From assembly GCA_003142595.1 (NCBI GenBank), contig PLMU01000009.1:8195-72194 (forward strand): DNA of 64,000 bases, read 5' to 3'. Made by a program: the position numbers and the translations under genes. Each line of letters starts with the position of its first letter. The stretch's first letter is position 1. The notes beneath the pieces were generated by a model. That model saw only the letters and a program-made list of their open reading frames with translations. It searched no databases and was not told the DNA's origin. Of this stretch, positions 9,510 through 20,190 are shown piece after piece. Source of the DNA: Phycisphaerales bacterium. Its GTDB lineage: Bacteria; Planctomycetota; Phycisphaerae; Sedimentisphaerales; UBA12454.

Positions 9510-10907
9510 ATGGCTAAGTCCACAAAGCCCAAAAAAACAGATGAAATTGTAATTGATAAAACGCCTAAAGACCCGTTTCTGACGGAGTTGGCGAGGCTTG
9601 CCAAGCAGAACAATAAAATAGACCCTGAGCTTTTTGAAAAGTTCAGCGTCAAGCGCGGTCTGCGCAACTCCGACGGCACAGGCGTTCTTGTCGGCCTGAC
9701 GGAAATCGGCGACGTCCACGGCTATATCATGAGCGAAAAAGAAAAAGTCGCGGTCGAAGGCAGACTGAGATATCGCGGCATAGAAATAGAAGATATCGTC
9801 GGCGGATTCCAAAAGGAAAAAAGGCCGGGCTACGAAGAAACAGCTTACCTGCTGATGTTCGGCGAAATGCCGAAGAAAAAAGAGCTGACGAAGTTCTGCC
9901 ATCTTCTGGGCAGGAAGAGAATGCTGCCGGAAGGTTTTACGGAAAATATGACGCTCAAGGCTCCCAGCAGCAACGTGATGAATAAGCTGGCGCGGAGCGT
10001 TTTGGCTTATTATTCCTACGACAAAGACCCGGAAGGACGGTCGCTGAAAAATATAGTTCGCCAGTGCATCGGACTGATTGCGAAATTTCCGGTGTTCGCG
10101 GCTTACGGCTATCAGGCGAAGGTTCACTACTACGACGGCGAAAGCCTTTATATCCATACGCCTGACGAGAAACTTTCTACTGCTGAAAATTTTCTGATGC
10201 TCACAAGGCCGGATAAAAAATATACCAAAACCGAGGCGGAACTTCTCGATTTGTGTCTTGTTCTGCACGCTGAGCACGGCGGAGGCAACAACTCAACCTT
10301 TGTCGCACACGTAGTTACCTCGTCAGATACCGATGTTTATTCGTCTATCGCAGGCGCTATAGGCTCGCTGAAGGGTTATAAGCACGGCGGAGCGAATATA
10401 CAGGTTGTTCAGATGATGGAAGACATCAAAAAGAACGTCAAAAAATATGATAACGAGGGTGAAGTAGCTGATTATCTGGCGAAGATTATTAAAAAAGAGG
10501 CGTTCGACGGAACAGGCCTGATTTACGGTATGGGTCACGCGGTCTATACGATATCCGACCCGAGAGCGGCACTGCTCAGAGGACAGGCGGCAAGACTGGC
10601 GAAAGAAAAAGACCTCGAATGGGAATATGACCTTTACGCGCTGGTTGAAAGACTTGCGCCTGAAGTTTTCAAAAAGGTGAAACAATCCGACAAATCGTTT
10701 TGTTCAAATGTGGATTTATATTCCGGATTTGTTTACAGGATGCTCGGAATACCTGCCGACCTTTACACGCCGCTGTTTGCGATATCGCGAGTGGCCGGCT
10801 GGTGCGCTCATATCATCGAAGAAAACGTCAGCGGCGGACGCATCATCAGACCTGCATATAAAAATGTCGCTGAAGTTCGGGAATATATTCCGCTAAACAA
10901 AAGGTAA
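9510..10907 (+). CDS. gltA: Citrate synthase
   Basis: LHAEHGGGNNSTF, KHGGAN, YGMGHAVY..SDPRA, NVDLYSG. Confidence 0.93.
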   Translation: MAKSTKPKKTDEIVIDKTPKDPFLTELARLAKQNNKIDPELFEKFSVKRGLRNSDGTGVLVGLTEIGDVHGYIMSEKEKVAVEGRLRYRGIEIEDIVGGFQKEKRPGYEETAYLLMFGEMPKKKELTKFCHLLGRKRMLPEGFTENMTLKAPSSNVMNKLARSVLAYYSYDKDPEGRSLKNIVRQCIGLIAKFPVFAAYGYQAKVHYYDGESLYIHTPDEKLSTAENFLMLTRPDKKYTKTEAELLDLCLVLHAEHGGGNNSTFVAHVVTSSDTDVYSSIAGAIGSLKGYKHGGANIQVVQMMEDIKKNVKKYDNEGEVADYLAKIIKKEAFDGTGLIYGMGHAVYTISDPRAALLRGQAARLAKEKDLEWEYDLYALVERLAPEVFKKVKQSDKSFCSNVDLYSGFVYRMLGIPADLYTPLFAISRVAGWCAHIIEENVSGGRIIRPAYKNVAEVREYIPLNKR

Positions 10908-10916
10908 ATTGAAACC

Positions 10917-12578
10917 TTATTGGGCATTACTATCAGAGGGTTTCTTTGGATATAAAGCGATTACAAAACCGTCGTCAAATTTTTCTATTACTTTCATATT
11001 ACAAAATTCCTGAAGCTGTGGAATGTTATAAATATATTTACGAATGTTATTAAAAAACCATATCAGGTAAACATCTTCTTTGGACTCAAGAACAGAATTG
11101 AATTCGGCCAGTTGTGTACTATCGCCGCGAAAGGGGCTTTGGTCCAAATTCTTGAAATAATTAAGTTTAGTCGGAACCATGTAAGCGTTGATATCCGTCA
11201 GAAGAGAAATAATACGCGGCTCATCAGAGTATATTCGGCCTTTAGGCCGGTTTGCTTTGAGCCAGGCGATTGTTTTGGAATTTTTCCAGGAAGTATTTGC
11301 GAAGCCAAACCCCTCGTTGAATGATTGCTTGCATATTGTTACGGTATAATCGAAACCGGGTTCAAACCATAAACCTGTGCCGATTCCGGCCAGAAAGCCA
11401 TATATAAGAATTCTTTGGCCGGGATGGTTTCCTGTCTGAGAAAATTTAAAGTCCGTTTGGGACAATTTTGTAAGAAAAACGCCCAGACAGATTACAATTG
11501 CAGGATATACAGGGGATAATAGTCTGTCGCATAGTGAATCCATACCGATTTTTGTTACGATATAAATCATTGCTGCCAGATAAATGAAAATGAATAAAGA
11601 AGCTGTAATCAATAACCAGTCAAATTCTTTCGACTTTATTATTTTATAAGCAATGAAAACAAAAATCGCCAAAATAAATACACATAATATAATAAAAGAC
11701 AGCCATCCGAATACAGAATTTTGGGGCTGTAAAGGAGTGAACCATGCTCCAATAACGTTACCCATTAATGGGACATTTTCACTAAATTTTATCTTGGCGG
11801 CAGGTCGACCACCGGTTAAAGTTCCAGTTAAAATATGATTCCTTAGAATCCATATTCCAGGGAGAAGTACAGAAACAATACTCCAAAAAATTGTGAAAAT
11901 AAATTTTTTGCGAAAATGTTTTATGCCGCAAAAAAGTACAATAGCGCCAAGGGGCAAAAACACGACTCCGATATAACGAGTCAGGCAAATAGCAGATGTA
12001 ACGACAGCCAATAACAGCGTTGATTTGAATGTCGGTTTGTTAATTACATCCGTCACAAGGAGCAGGAAAGCTATTATGAAGAATATAAATAAAGGCTCGC
12101 TCCACGCGTAGCTGCAGGCCATAACCAGCGGTTCTGAAAGCAGTGCGGCAAGTGAGCATATTATGGAAATGATCAGTGAGCCGGAATACTTTAACATCAA
12201 TAATCCGGATAGAAAAATAATAAAACCGAATGATATGTTGCTAATCAGCCGTACGGCCAGAAAGTCATCGATCCGGCACAATTTGAAACAGGCAATAAAT
12301 ATTGGATATAACGGAGGCCACGCTAAAAGAGATGAACCATCCTGTTTCGAGAATGAATGATTTTCCAGCAGGTTGCGTGCCCAGGAAATATAATCGACCG
12401 AATCACCGGAAAGGCCTACACCGTAATTGCTGGTGCACCAAAATAACAACACAAAACCTATAATCCCTATCAGCAAAGGACCGAGAAATAATAATCGCCG
12501 GGGTTTTTGAAGCAGGCCGGTTTCCTGTATTTTAAAAGTTTTGTCGGGAATCTGTTCTTGTTGTATGTTTTTTTCCAT
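10917..12578 (-). CDS. ArnT/GT39-like membrane glycosyltransferase
   Basis: DSVDYISWARNL, WPPLYP, WSEPLF, LTRYIG; many TM helices; AT-rich. Confidence 0.7.
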   Translation of the reverse strand: MEKNIQQEQIPDKTFKIQETGLLQKPRRLLFLGPLLIGIIGFVLLFWCTSNYGVGLSGDSVDYISWARNLLENHSFSKQDGSSLLAWPPLYPIFIACFKLCRIDDFLAVRLISNISFGFIIFLSGLLMLKYSGSLIISIICSLAALLSEPLVMACSYAWSEPLFIFFIIAFLLLVTDVINKPTFKSTLLLAVVTSAICLTRYIGVVFLPLGAIVLFCGIKHFRKKFIFTIFWSIVSVLLPGIWILRNHILTGTLTGGRPAAKIKFSENVPLMGNVIGAWFTPLQPQNSVFGWLSFIILCVFILAIFVFIAYKIIKSKEFDWLLITASLFIFIYLAAMIYIVTKIGMDSLCDRLLSPVYPAIVICLGVFLTKLSQTDFKFSQTGNHPGQRILIYGFLAGIGTGLWFEPGFDYTVTICKQSFNEGFGFANTSWKNSKTIAWLKANRPKGRIYSDEPRIISLLTDINAYMVPTKLNYFKNLDQSPFRGDSTQLAEFNSVLESKEDVYLIWFFNNIRKYIYNIPQLQEFCNMKVIEKFDDGFVIALYPKKPSDSNAQ

Positions 12579-12604
12579 TCGCTCATCTTTTTGAATAGGT
12601 ATCA

Positions 12605-13603
12605 TCACCATTCTCCGGGCATAAGAGCGTCTGAAATTGGCTGATTCCACCAGGCCGAGTCTCTAAGATACTGTTTTGTCATCATCGCAGCGTTTACGCC
12701 GTCGCCGACGGCTGTTGCAAGCTGCATCGCGGCGCCAATTCGGCAGTCGCCTGCGACAAAAACGCCGGGCACTTTAGTCCGCAAAAAGCCGACATCGCAT
12801 TTGACAAAGCCGGCATCGGTTAAATCGAGAAAACCTTTAAGAAATGCTGTATGAGGCACCGTTCCGACAAAGATAAAAACGCCGTCGCAGGGCAGGATTT
12901 CCTCGTTGTTTGTTTTTGTATTTTTTACTTTGACCCTTTCAACCTTTTTATCACCTTCAATTGCGGTAACGATAGTATCGAGTTTCAGTTTAATATTGCT
13001 ATTGGGACTGTTTACCTTCTGCATAAACTCTTCAGCGAGGACTTTTGTCGCTCTAAATTCCTGCCGCCTGTGAACAAGGGTCAAATCTGCAGCGAATTTT
13101 GCCACGTGGAGTGATTCTTCAACAGCGGTATTTCCGCCTCCGACAGTAACGACTTTTTTGCCTTTAAAGAAAGGCGCATCGCAGATTCCGCAATAGCTGA
13201 CTCCCGCGCCGGCATTTCTAAACTCAGTTTCGCCGGGGACGCCGAGTTTGCGATAGTCGCTTCCGCAGGCAATAATGACAGAGCGGGCGATAAAGATTTT
13301 TTTGTCGCAGGTTATCCGGATTTTGCCGTCGCCGAGCCTTTGCATATTTTTTACTTCAGAGCCCATTTCAAATTCCGCGCCGAAACTTTTAGCCTGATTG
13401 GACATTTTTTCAACCAGGTCAGCGCCTGAAACGACTTGAAAACCCGGGTAGTTTTCAATGCGGTCAGTGTTCATTATTTGTCCGCCGGGGTAAAATTTAT
13501 CAATAACCAGGGTTTTGAGCCTGTCTCTTGAGTTGTAAAGCGCCGCCGCCAGTCCTGCCGGACCTGCTCCGATGATTATGCTGTCGTAAATGGTGTCAGC
13601 CAT
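12605..13603 (-). CDS. trxB: Thioredoxin-disulfide reductase
   Basis: GAGPAG, SYCGICD, GGGNTAVEE, FVAGD. Confidence 0.92.
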   Translation of the reverse strand: MADTIYDSIIIGAGPAGLAAALYNSRDRLKTLVIDKFYPGGQIMNTDRIENYPGFQVVSGADLVEKMSNQAKSFGAEFEMGSEVKNMQRLGDGKIRITCDKKIFIARSVIIACGSDYRKLGVPGETEFRNAGAGVSYCGICDAPFFKGKKVVTVGGGNTAVEESLHVAKFAADLTLVHRRQEFRATKVLAEEFMQKVNSPNSNIKLKLDTIVTAIEGDKKVERVKVKNTKTNNEEILPCDGVFIFVGTVPHTAFLKGFLDLTDAGFVKCDVGFLRTKVPGVFVAGDCRIGAAMQLATAVGDGVNAAMMTKQYLRDSAWWNQPISDALMPGEW

Positions 13604-13614
13604 TGGATTTCCTT

Positions 13615-14952
13615 TCATTCCGCCTTGCCGCTTTGCTTCTTTACATCCTTTTTAAGCCGATATTGTTCCATCTGCTGAATTTTGTCAAGCCACTGAGGAA
13701 AATCAGCGATGATATCCGCTCTTGAAGTCCTTTCAATTCTGTAAGACAGGCCGCTCTGGACGTCGGCAGAGAGCAGTTTGCTTTCGCCGAAGTACATTTT
13801 TTGAGTGGTAGGGGTTGTCGTAAAAAGCTCTACATTTGCGGCGGATTCGGCGGGCAGGACGGAAGTTTCTGGCGAATTAATCCTGGAAAGAATGACCGGA
13901 GCTATTTTGCCTTCAGAAATAACCACATCGAACATAACCGAATCAAAATTACTTTTGAGAAACGCTTCAACGGCCAAATCAAAGAATGGTTCCGGCAGCA
14001 TAGAGCCGGTAAAGCCTAATTTTTCAGCAATGTTCTGCTTCTGGATGGTCAGCATCTGGTCGTTGAGCTGGATATGTATGGGGACTTCGCGATTTGTCCG
14101 CAGGTCGCCCTGTTTTACTATCCAGTCGAATTTACTCAGCGAAATGTTCGAGTAAAAAATCGACTGCTCGGTAAAGACATTAAATCCGGAACTAAGAAAC
14201 AATAAACCGGCAGCGGAAATTACTGAATTTTCATTCGCGTCCGTGAAATGTCCGATTGAGTCTGTGGTAAAGCCGATGGATGTGCCGCGGGTGTCTTTCA
14301 GGCGGTAGTAATTTTGAGATGTGCCTTGCGGCAGAAGGGTGCCAAGCGAGGTTTTGAAGGTTTTTAAAAACTCGGCGCCTTTTACAACAGGATTGTCCGG
14401 ATTGTATTTAACCGAAGCGAGCAGATTCCTGAAGATTTTTTCAGCCAAATCGACGCCTCTGCCGCTCTGGCCTACTCCAAGCATAAGGATTCTTCCGTCC
14501 GGCAGGACGGTAGTGCCGTAGAAAGCAGTGATTTTTTCCGAAACTATTTTTGCGTAATCAAAATTATAATCGCCGAATTTTTCTGACGCGGAAGATTCGA
14601 TGCGACCCTTAATAGATTCTGCCTCGGCCTGAAGCCTTTCTGGAACCGTTTTTGTCGCAGGAAGCAGAGAATAATGCCACTGCATCGTAATAACCGAATC
14701 GCCGCTTATCTGCATCAGGCAGGAGAATGTGAATTCATTGTTTTCATATTTGAAGCCGTTTGAAAGACGTTTCCAACTGTCGCCGAATGGAACTGAAACC
14801 TCAAGGCCCGTGCCTTTGAGCGCAAGCGGCTGGGAAAGCTCAAGCTTTGACCCATAAGAGATGATAAACTTTGCCAAAACAAAGCCGAGCAGCAGCAAAA
14901 CTAAAAATGCAACTTTGTCGAGCCCTAACCGTCTGAGTTTTTCTTGGTCCAT
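13615..14952 (-). CDS. Hypothetical membrane-anchored protein
   Basis: Long ORF with N-terminal TM helix, operonic between arsC and trxB. Confidence 0.7.
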   Translation of the reverse strand: MDQEKLRRLGLDKVAFLVLLLLGFVLAKFIISYGSKLELSQPLALKGTGLEVSVPFGDSWKRLSNGFKYENNEFTFSCLMQISGDSVITMQWHYSLLPATKTVPERLQAEAESIKGRIESSASEKFGDYNFDYAKIVSEKITAFYGTTVLPDGRILMLGVGQSGRGVDLAEKIFRNLLASVKYNPDNPVVKGAEFLKTFKTSLGTLLPQGTSQNYYRLKDTRGTSIGFTTDSIGHFTDANENSVISAAGLLFLSSGFNVFTEQSIFYSNISLSKFDWIVKQGDLRTNREVPIHIQLNDQMLTIQKQNIAEKLGFTGSMLPEPFFDLAVEAFLKSNFDSVMFDVVISEGKIAPVILSRINSPETSVLPAESAANVELFTTTPTTQKMYFGESKLLSADVQSGLSYRIERTSRADIIADFPQWLDKIQQMEQYRLKKDVKKQSGKAE

Positions 14953-14953
14953 A

Positions 14954-15406
14954 TTATTTCTCACTATGATTTTTGTTTTTTTCAAGACTTTCCGGCAGGC
15001 CAAGAACAAAATCCCTGATTTCATCCCGCACTTTGCGAAAAGCGTTCATTACGGTTTCATCAGAACCTGTTAAAAAAGACGGGTCTGAAAAAGGTTTGTG
15101 TATCATCTTTGTTTTGCCGGGATACACAGGGCAAATTTCCTTTGCATTATCGCAAAGAGTAATCACATAGTCAAAGTCGATATTCAGCAGGTCATCGACG
15201 TGCTTGGGGTACTGACCGGAGACATCAACGCCGGCCTCGATCATTACCTGTATGGCTCTTAAGTTTACCGCGACAGGATAGACGCCGGCGGAAAAAGGCT
15301 CAATACAATCGCTTTTCAGTTTCCTTGCCCAGCCCTCGGCCATCTGGCTGCGGCAGGAATTGCCGGTGCATAAAAACAATATCTTTAATTTGTCTTTTTC
15401 AGTCAT
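14954..15406 (-). CDS. arsC: Arsenate reductase (thioredoxin-coupled, LMW-PTP fold)
   Basis: LFLCTGNSCRSQMAEG, TLCD...CP, DP motifs. Confidence 0.9.
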   Translation of the reverse strand: MTEKDKLKILFLCTGNSCRSQMAEGWARKLKSDCIEPFSAGVYPVAVNLRAIQVMIEAGVDVSGQYPKHVDDLLNIDFDYVITLCDNAKEICPVYPGKTKMIHKPFSDPSFLTGSDETVMNAFRKVRDEIRDFVLGLPESLEKNKNHSEK

Positions 15407-15415
15407 AATCGTCAG

Positions 15416-16642
15416 CTATTCTAATTGTTTTAAGACGGATTTTCCAGCGAGAAAACCGCTTGAAAACGCAAATTGAAGATTATATCCGCCGCAGGGGCCA
15501 TCAACATTTATAACCTCGCCGGCAAAAAACAACCCTTTACACAGTTTTGACTGCATAGTTTTGCTGTCGATCTCGGAAATATCAACGCCGCCCCTGGTTA
15601 CAGTTGCCTTTTCAATCGGCTCGGCTGAAATAATAGTAAGGGGAAGATTTTTGAATTTTTCAATAAGCGTTTTACGCATTTGTTTACTCATTTGACCGGC
15701 GGCAGTATCCGGTATTTTATTTTCATCGCATAATGTTTGTATCAGAGCCTTAGGCAGAAATTGAGAAAGTAATGAAATAATATTACGCTTTGGATTTTTG
15801 CCGATTAAATCGGCGACCATTTTGTCTAACTGGTTAAAAGCGGGGAGTAAATCGATATGTATTTTTAAATTATTATATGAAAGCCCCGCGATTTCTCTGC
15901 TCAAGTCAAAGACGGCAGGGCCGCCGATTCCTTTGTGAGTGAAAATTAACGGGCCGGCATAAGAAAATTTTTTGTTATCAATTTTACAGGATATCAAAAC
16001 GTTCCCGATTCCAACACCGGCAAGGTCGCGGCAGAATTTTTCCGCGGCAACCAGCGGCACAACCGAAGCAACAGGCTTTATGATTTTGTGGCCGAGTATT
16101 TGGGCAAATTTGTAGCCGTCGCCCGTTGAGCCTGTCTGCGGCCAGCTTAGGCCTCCCGTGGCGATAATTACCGATTTTGCCGAAATGTCTAATTTTTCTG
16201 AAAGAACTTCAAAACCCTCATCGCGTTTTTCTATGGATTTTACTTTTTTGCCGTAAAGTATTTTGACGTTTAGTTTTTCCAACTCTTCAAGAAGTATCTG
16301 CTGGACGTCGCTTGCACGCTGAGTTTTTGGAAAGACGCAGCCATCTTCTTCCACAACAGTATCGAGACCACGCTGAGCAAAAAAATCGCGTAACTTTTGC
16401 GGCGATAATTCATAAATGCAATGGCGGACAAACCTGTCGAAGGGTTTATACGCTCTTATAATCTCATCAGGCTTTCCGGTATGCGTCAGGTTGCACCTGC
16501 TGCCGCCTGTGAGCAGAAGTTTTCTGCCTGCGGTGGTGTTTGACTCAAAGATGACTATTTTCTTTGAGCCTTCACAAGCCGCGATAGCAGCGGTCATTCC
16601 GGCAGGGCCGGCGCCAATTATACATAAATCTGTTTCAGTCAT
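15416..16642 (-). CDS. HI0933/BaiN-family flavoprotein
   Basis: GAGPAG, GRKLLLTGGSRCNLT, TGSTGDGY, GPCGGYNLQFAFSSG. Confidence 0.9.
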   Translation of the reverse strand: MTETDLCIIGAGPAGMTAAIAACEGSKKIVIFESNTTAGRKLLLTGGSRCNLTHTGKPDEIIRAYKPFDRFVRHCIYELSPQKLRDFFAQRGLDTVVEEDGCVFPKTQRASDVQQILLEELEKLNVKILYGKKVKSIEKRDEGFEVLSEKLDISAKSVIIATGGLSWPQTGSTGDGYKFAQILGHKIIKPVASVVPLVAAEKFCRDLAGVGIGNVLISCKIDNKKFSYAGPLIFTHKGIGGPAVFDLSREIAGLSYNNLKIHIDLLPAFNQLDKMVADLIGKNPKRNIISLLSQFLPKALIQTLCDENKIPDTAAGQMSKQMRKTLIEKFKNLPLTIISAEPIEKATVTRGGVDISEIDSKTMQSKLCKGLFFAGEVINVDGPCGGYNLQFAFSSGFLAGKSVLKQLE

Positions 16643-16693
16643 AATTACTTTGAAAAAAATAGAACTTGAGTTTAACATAACCGGCTCAAAACA

Positions 16694-18136
16694 ATGAATG
16701 AAAATTCTGAAAAAATTGTGATAAACCAAGGCGGGCCAGGGCAGGTCTTAAAGATTGCTTTTCCGCTGATTTTAAGCTCATCGGCGTTTACGCTGCAGAT
16801 GTTTGTCGATAGAGTTTTCCTGATGTGGTACGACCGGGACGCGATGAGCGCGGCGATGATGGGCGGAATACTGAATTTTGTTTTTTTCAGCTTCTTTATG
16901 GGAACCGCTTCTTACGCTAATACCTTTGTTTCGCAGTATAACGGCGCAAATTTGAAAAAAAGGATAGGGCCGGCGGTCTGGCAAAGCCTGTATTTCTCGA
17001 TTATTGCAGGTTTTCTTATGGCCGCGATTACATTATTCGATAAAAAAATTATGACTCTTATCGGCCATCCGCCATTAATCGCCGGTTATGAATTAATATA
17101 TTTCAGGATTTTGAATTTAGGAGCAATAACCGGCCTTATCGGCTCCTCGCTTTCCAGTTTTTTAACCGGCAGAGGCAAAACGTGGACTGTTTGCTGGGTC
17201 AATATCGCGGCGACTGTTGCAAATATTGTTCTGGATTACGTAATGATTTTTGGAAAGTTTGGTTTTCCCCGCTGGGGAATCGGCGGGGCGGCAATCGCAA
17301 CGGTAATCTCCGGCGCCGTCAGCAGCATAATATATTTTATAATATTTCTTTCGCAGGAGAACCGGCGAAGTTTCGGCTCTGCAATTTATAAAGTTGATTT
17401 TGAACTGTTCGGCAGATTAATGAAATACGGCGTGCCGAGCGGCGTGCAGTTTATGCTCGATATTCTGGGCTTTTCATTGTTCATCGCGTTTGTCGGCAGA
17501 ATCAATCCTGTCGCTTTTGCCGCGACGTCGATGGCGTTTCAGATTAACTCGCTTGCGTTTATGCCGATGATAGGTTTCGGTATCGCCACCAGCGTTCTTG
17601 TCGGCAACGCTATCGGAGCTAATAAACCGCACATCGCGCAGAAAAGCACCTTTTCGGCATCTTATATTACATTCGGCTATATGATAGTTATAGCTATCGG
17701 CTACATTGTAGTGCCGAATTTGTTTATGCTGCCTTTTGAATTGAGGGCATCTGCAGAACAAATCGCGGTGATTAAGCCGATGGTCAAAACGCTGCTGATA
17801 TTTGTCGCGTTTTATAGTTTGTTCGATACGGGCAATATAATTTTTTCAGCGGCCCTGAAAGGCGCAGGCGATACGAGGTTTGTAATGTATGTTTCTCTTG
17901 TTCTTAATTGGCTGATTATGGTTATTCCAAGCTGGCTTGCTATAACATATCTAAAAGGCGACGCCAGGCTTTACGGCGCCTGGTTTGCGCTGACAGGTTA
18001 TGTTTGCGCACTTGCGATATTATTTTTGCTTCGTTTTCTTACCGGCAAGTGGAAGACAATGCGTGTGATAGAAAAAACTCCTGTCCTGCCCGGCATTATG
18101 CCGTCGGTGCCGACATTAGGAACTGAATCGACATAA
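16694..18136 (+). CDS. MATE family efflux transporter
   Basis: About 12 TM helices; NIVLDY.MIFG, LKGAGDTR. Confidence 0.9.
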   Translation: MNENSEKIVINQGGPGQVLKIAFPLILSSSAFTLQMFVDRVFLMWYDRDAMSAAMMGGILNFVFFSFFMGTASYANTFVSQYNGANLKKRIGPAVWQSLYFSIIAGFLMAAITLFDKKIMTLIGHPPLIAGYELIYFRILNLGAITGLIGSSLSSFLTGRGKTWTVCWVNIAATVANIVLDYVMIFGKFGFPRWGIGGAAIATVISGAVSSIIYFIIFLSQENRRSFGSAIYKVDFELFGRLMKYGVPSGVQFMLDILGFSLFIAFVGRINPVAFAATSMAFQINSLAFMPMIGFGIATSVLVGNAIGANKPHIAQKSTFSASYITFGYMIVIAIGYIVVPNLFMLPFELRASAEQIAVIKPMVKTLLIFVAFYSLFDTGNIIFSAALKGAGDTRFVMYVSLVLNWLIMVIPSWLAITYLKGDARLYGAWFALTGYVCALAILFLLRFLTGKWKTMRVIEKTPVLPGIMPSVPTLGTEST

Positions 18137-18144
18137 ATTTTTTT

Positions 18145-18482
18145 GTCCGGTGGGTCTATAAGCCGGGTTCTGTAATAAGCGACCATTTCTCTGGGATTGC
18201 CGTTGCCGACAACCTCAAGCGATCTACCCGCCGAGTTAACGCTCGGGCAGAGCATCTCGGCATACTTGATCTTGCAGGCGGTGGGGTTTGCCGTGCCGGT
18301 TCTGTCGCCAGAACCGCGGTGCGCTCTTACCGCACCTTTTCACCATTGCCCGAAGGCTGTGTATTTTCTGTGGCACTTTCCCGCGGATTACTCCGGGTGG
18401 CTGTTAGCCATCACCGCGCCCTGTCCTGCCCGGACTTTCCTCTATATGGTTTCCCATACAGCGGCCGCCCGACCCGCCGGAC
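18145..18482 (-). ncRNA. rnpB: RNase P RNA (class A)
   Basis: Reverse strand has GAGGAAAGUCCGGGC, AGUGCCACAGAAA, GGUGCGGUAAGAGCGCACC and ACAGAACCCGGCUUAU; complementary ends form P1. Confidence 0.97.
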
Positions 18483-18595
18483 AAAAAAATTATTAAATTT
18501 TAAATCACTGAAATCTATCTTATAGCGGATATTATATCAAAAACTGTATTTTATACAAGTCTAGTAATAAAAAGGCGTTATTAACGGTTTAAAGC

Positions 18596-18624
18596 TTGAT
18601 TTTTAGCCTGTTTTATGGTATAAT
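18596..18624 (+). promoter_or_regulatory. Near-consensus sigma70 promoter upstream of the terminase (TTGATT-N17-TATAAT, extended -10 TG)
   Basis: ttgatt tttagcctgttttatgg tataat, 85 bp upstream of the ATG; divergent from a likely rnpB promoter at 18531-18558. Confidence 0.65.
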
Positions 18625-18709
18625 ACCCGGGTAAAAATATGAAAATACTGTAAAAACGACTTTTTTCCATTTCCAATTTTTTAACCCACAATTTTTTTAA
18701 GGATCCCCT

Positions 18710-20185
18710 ATGAACAACGCTATTTTTCTATCATCAGACCGGATTACAAAGGCAAACAATCTTTATGAAACGCTTAGAAAAACAAGGCCGCGGACAAAAG
18801 CCGATTTGAAAAATTATTTTCAGGCTTTTCTGGGCCTTGGCATCGGCGATACGAAAATATGCCCTGAACATAATTCACCGATGGATTATCTGTGGCACTG
18901 CTATAACAGCGATTTTGACGGAAGCAAAAACGGAGATTGCGTCGTCTGGGCAGGCAGAGGCGGCGGAAAAACACTTATTGCCGCTGCCGCTACACTTGCG
19001 GATTGTATTTTTAAGCCGAACTGCAAGGTGAGAATCCTGGCCGGAAGCGAAATGCAGGCGCAAAGGATGTATGATTATCTGCTCGGATTTTTAAGAAACG
19101 GTTTTGAAGGTTTTCTTGCCGAACCTGTTCATAAAAATAAATGCTGCTTTGCCAACGGCTCAGATGTTGAAGTCCTGCCTCAGTCGGCGGCGTCTGTCCG
19201 CGGCAGTCATATTCAAAAACTGCGGTGCGATGAGGTGGAACTGTTTGACAGGTAGATTTTTGAGGCGGCGAAATTTGTCACCAAAAGCACAGATAAAATA
19301 ATCGGCGCGATGGAAACGTTAAGCACAATGCATCAGCCTTTCGGCATTATGCACGAACTTGTCGGCAAGGCACAGGACAGCGGAACAAAGATTTTTAAAT
19401 GGTGCGTCTGGGAAGTGATTGAAAACTGCCCACCGGAAAGAAATTGCTCAAGATGCCCGCTAAACAGCGATTGTCAGGGAAAGGCAAGAAAAGCAAACGG
19501 CTATCTGAAAATCGACGATTGCATAGCTCAAATGAAACGCTCGAGCAGGGCGGCATTTGAATCTGAAATGCTTTGCGTCAGGCCGTCGCTTGAAAATGTC
19601 GTCTTTGCCGAGTTCGAGCCGCAAATTCATATCGCGCCGGTCGAGTATAACCAGAATCTGCCTTTGTATCGCGCGATTGATTTTGGATTTGTTAATCCGT
19701 TTGTGTGTTTGTGGATTCAGATTGACGCGCAAGGCAGGGTTCGAGTTATCGATGAATATATAAAAAGCAGAATGACGATTGATTCACACGCCGATGAGAT
19801 TAAAAACAGAAAGCCTTATATAGAGGATAATGTGATTGCGACTTTCTGCGACCCTGCAGGGGCAGGCGTAAATGATGTAACGGGCACAAGTCCTGTTTTT
19901 CAGTTAAGACAGGTGGGTGTAAAACTCCGTTTCAAAAGAAGTTCTATTCTTGAAGGTATTGAGCTGATAAGAAGGGCACTTCGCAATGGCGAAGGCAGCA
20001 GCAATCTGATAATCAATCCGCGCTGCGGCAGATTGATTGAAGCGATGCAGAGTTATCATTATCCTCAGGCAGGGTGCGAAGAGCTGCCATTAAAAGACGG
20101 CATTTACGACCACCCGATAGATGCTCTGCGGTATTTCTTTGTGAATTACAATAGTGCAGGTGCAGCAAAGAGCAGGAAATACTGA
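18710..20185 (+). pseudogene. Phage terminase large subunit interrupted by one in-frame TAG (19253-19255)
   Basis: Walker A AGRGGGKT, Walker B LRCDEVE, ETLST, nuclease AIDFGFVNP, CDPAG, DHPIDALRY. The two ORFs share a frame and the gap reads R-*-IFEAAKFVTKSTDKIIGA-M. Confidence 0.88.
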
Positions 20186-20190
20186 CAAAC

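Noticed and set aside
12605-15406. Arsenic resistance island
   Set aside because: arsC lacks arsR and an arsenite exporter nearby; it looks like an ordinary operon with trxB.
18197-18525. ORFs at 18197-18496 and 18319-18525
   Set aside because: They are antisense to RNase P RNA.
19253-19255. Pyrrolysine or genome-wide TAG recoding
   Set aside because: TAG serves as a normal stop in other genes here and no pyl genes are in the window.
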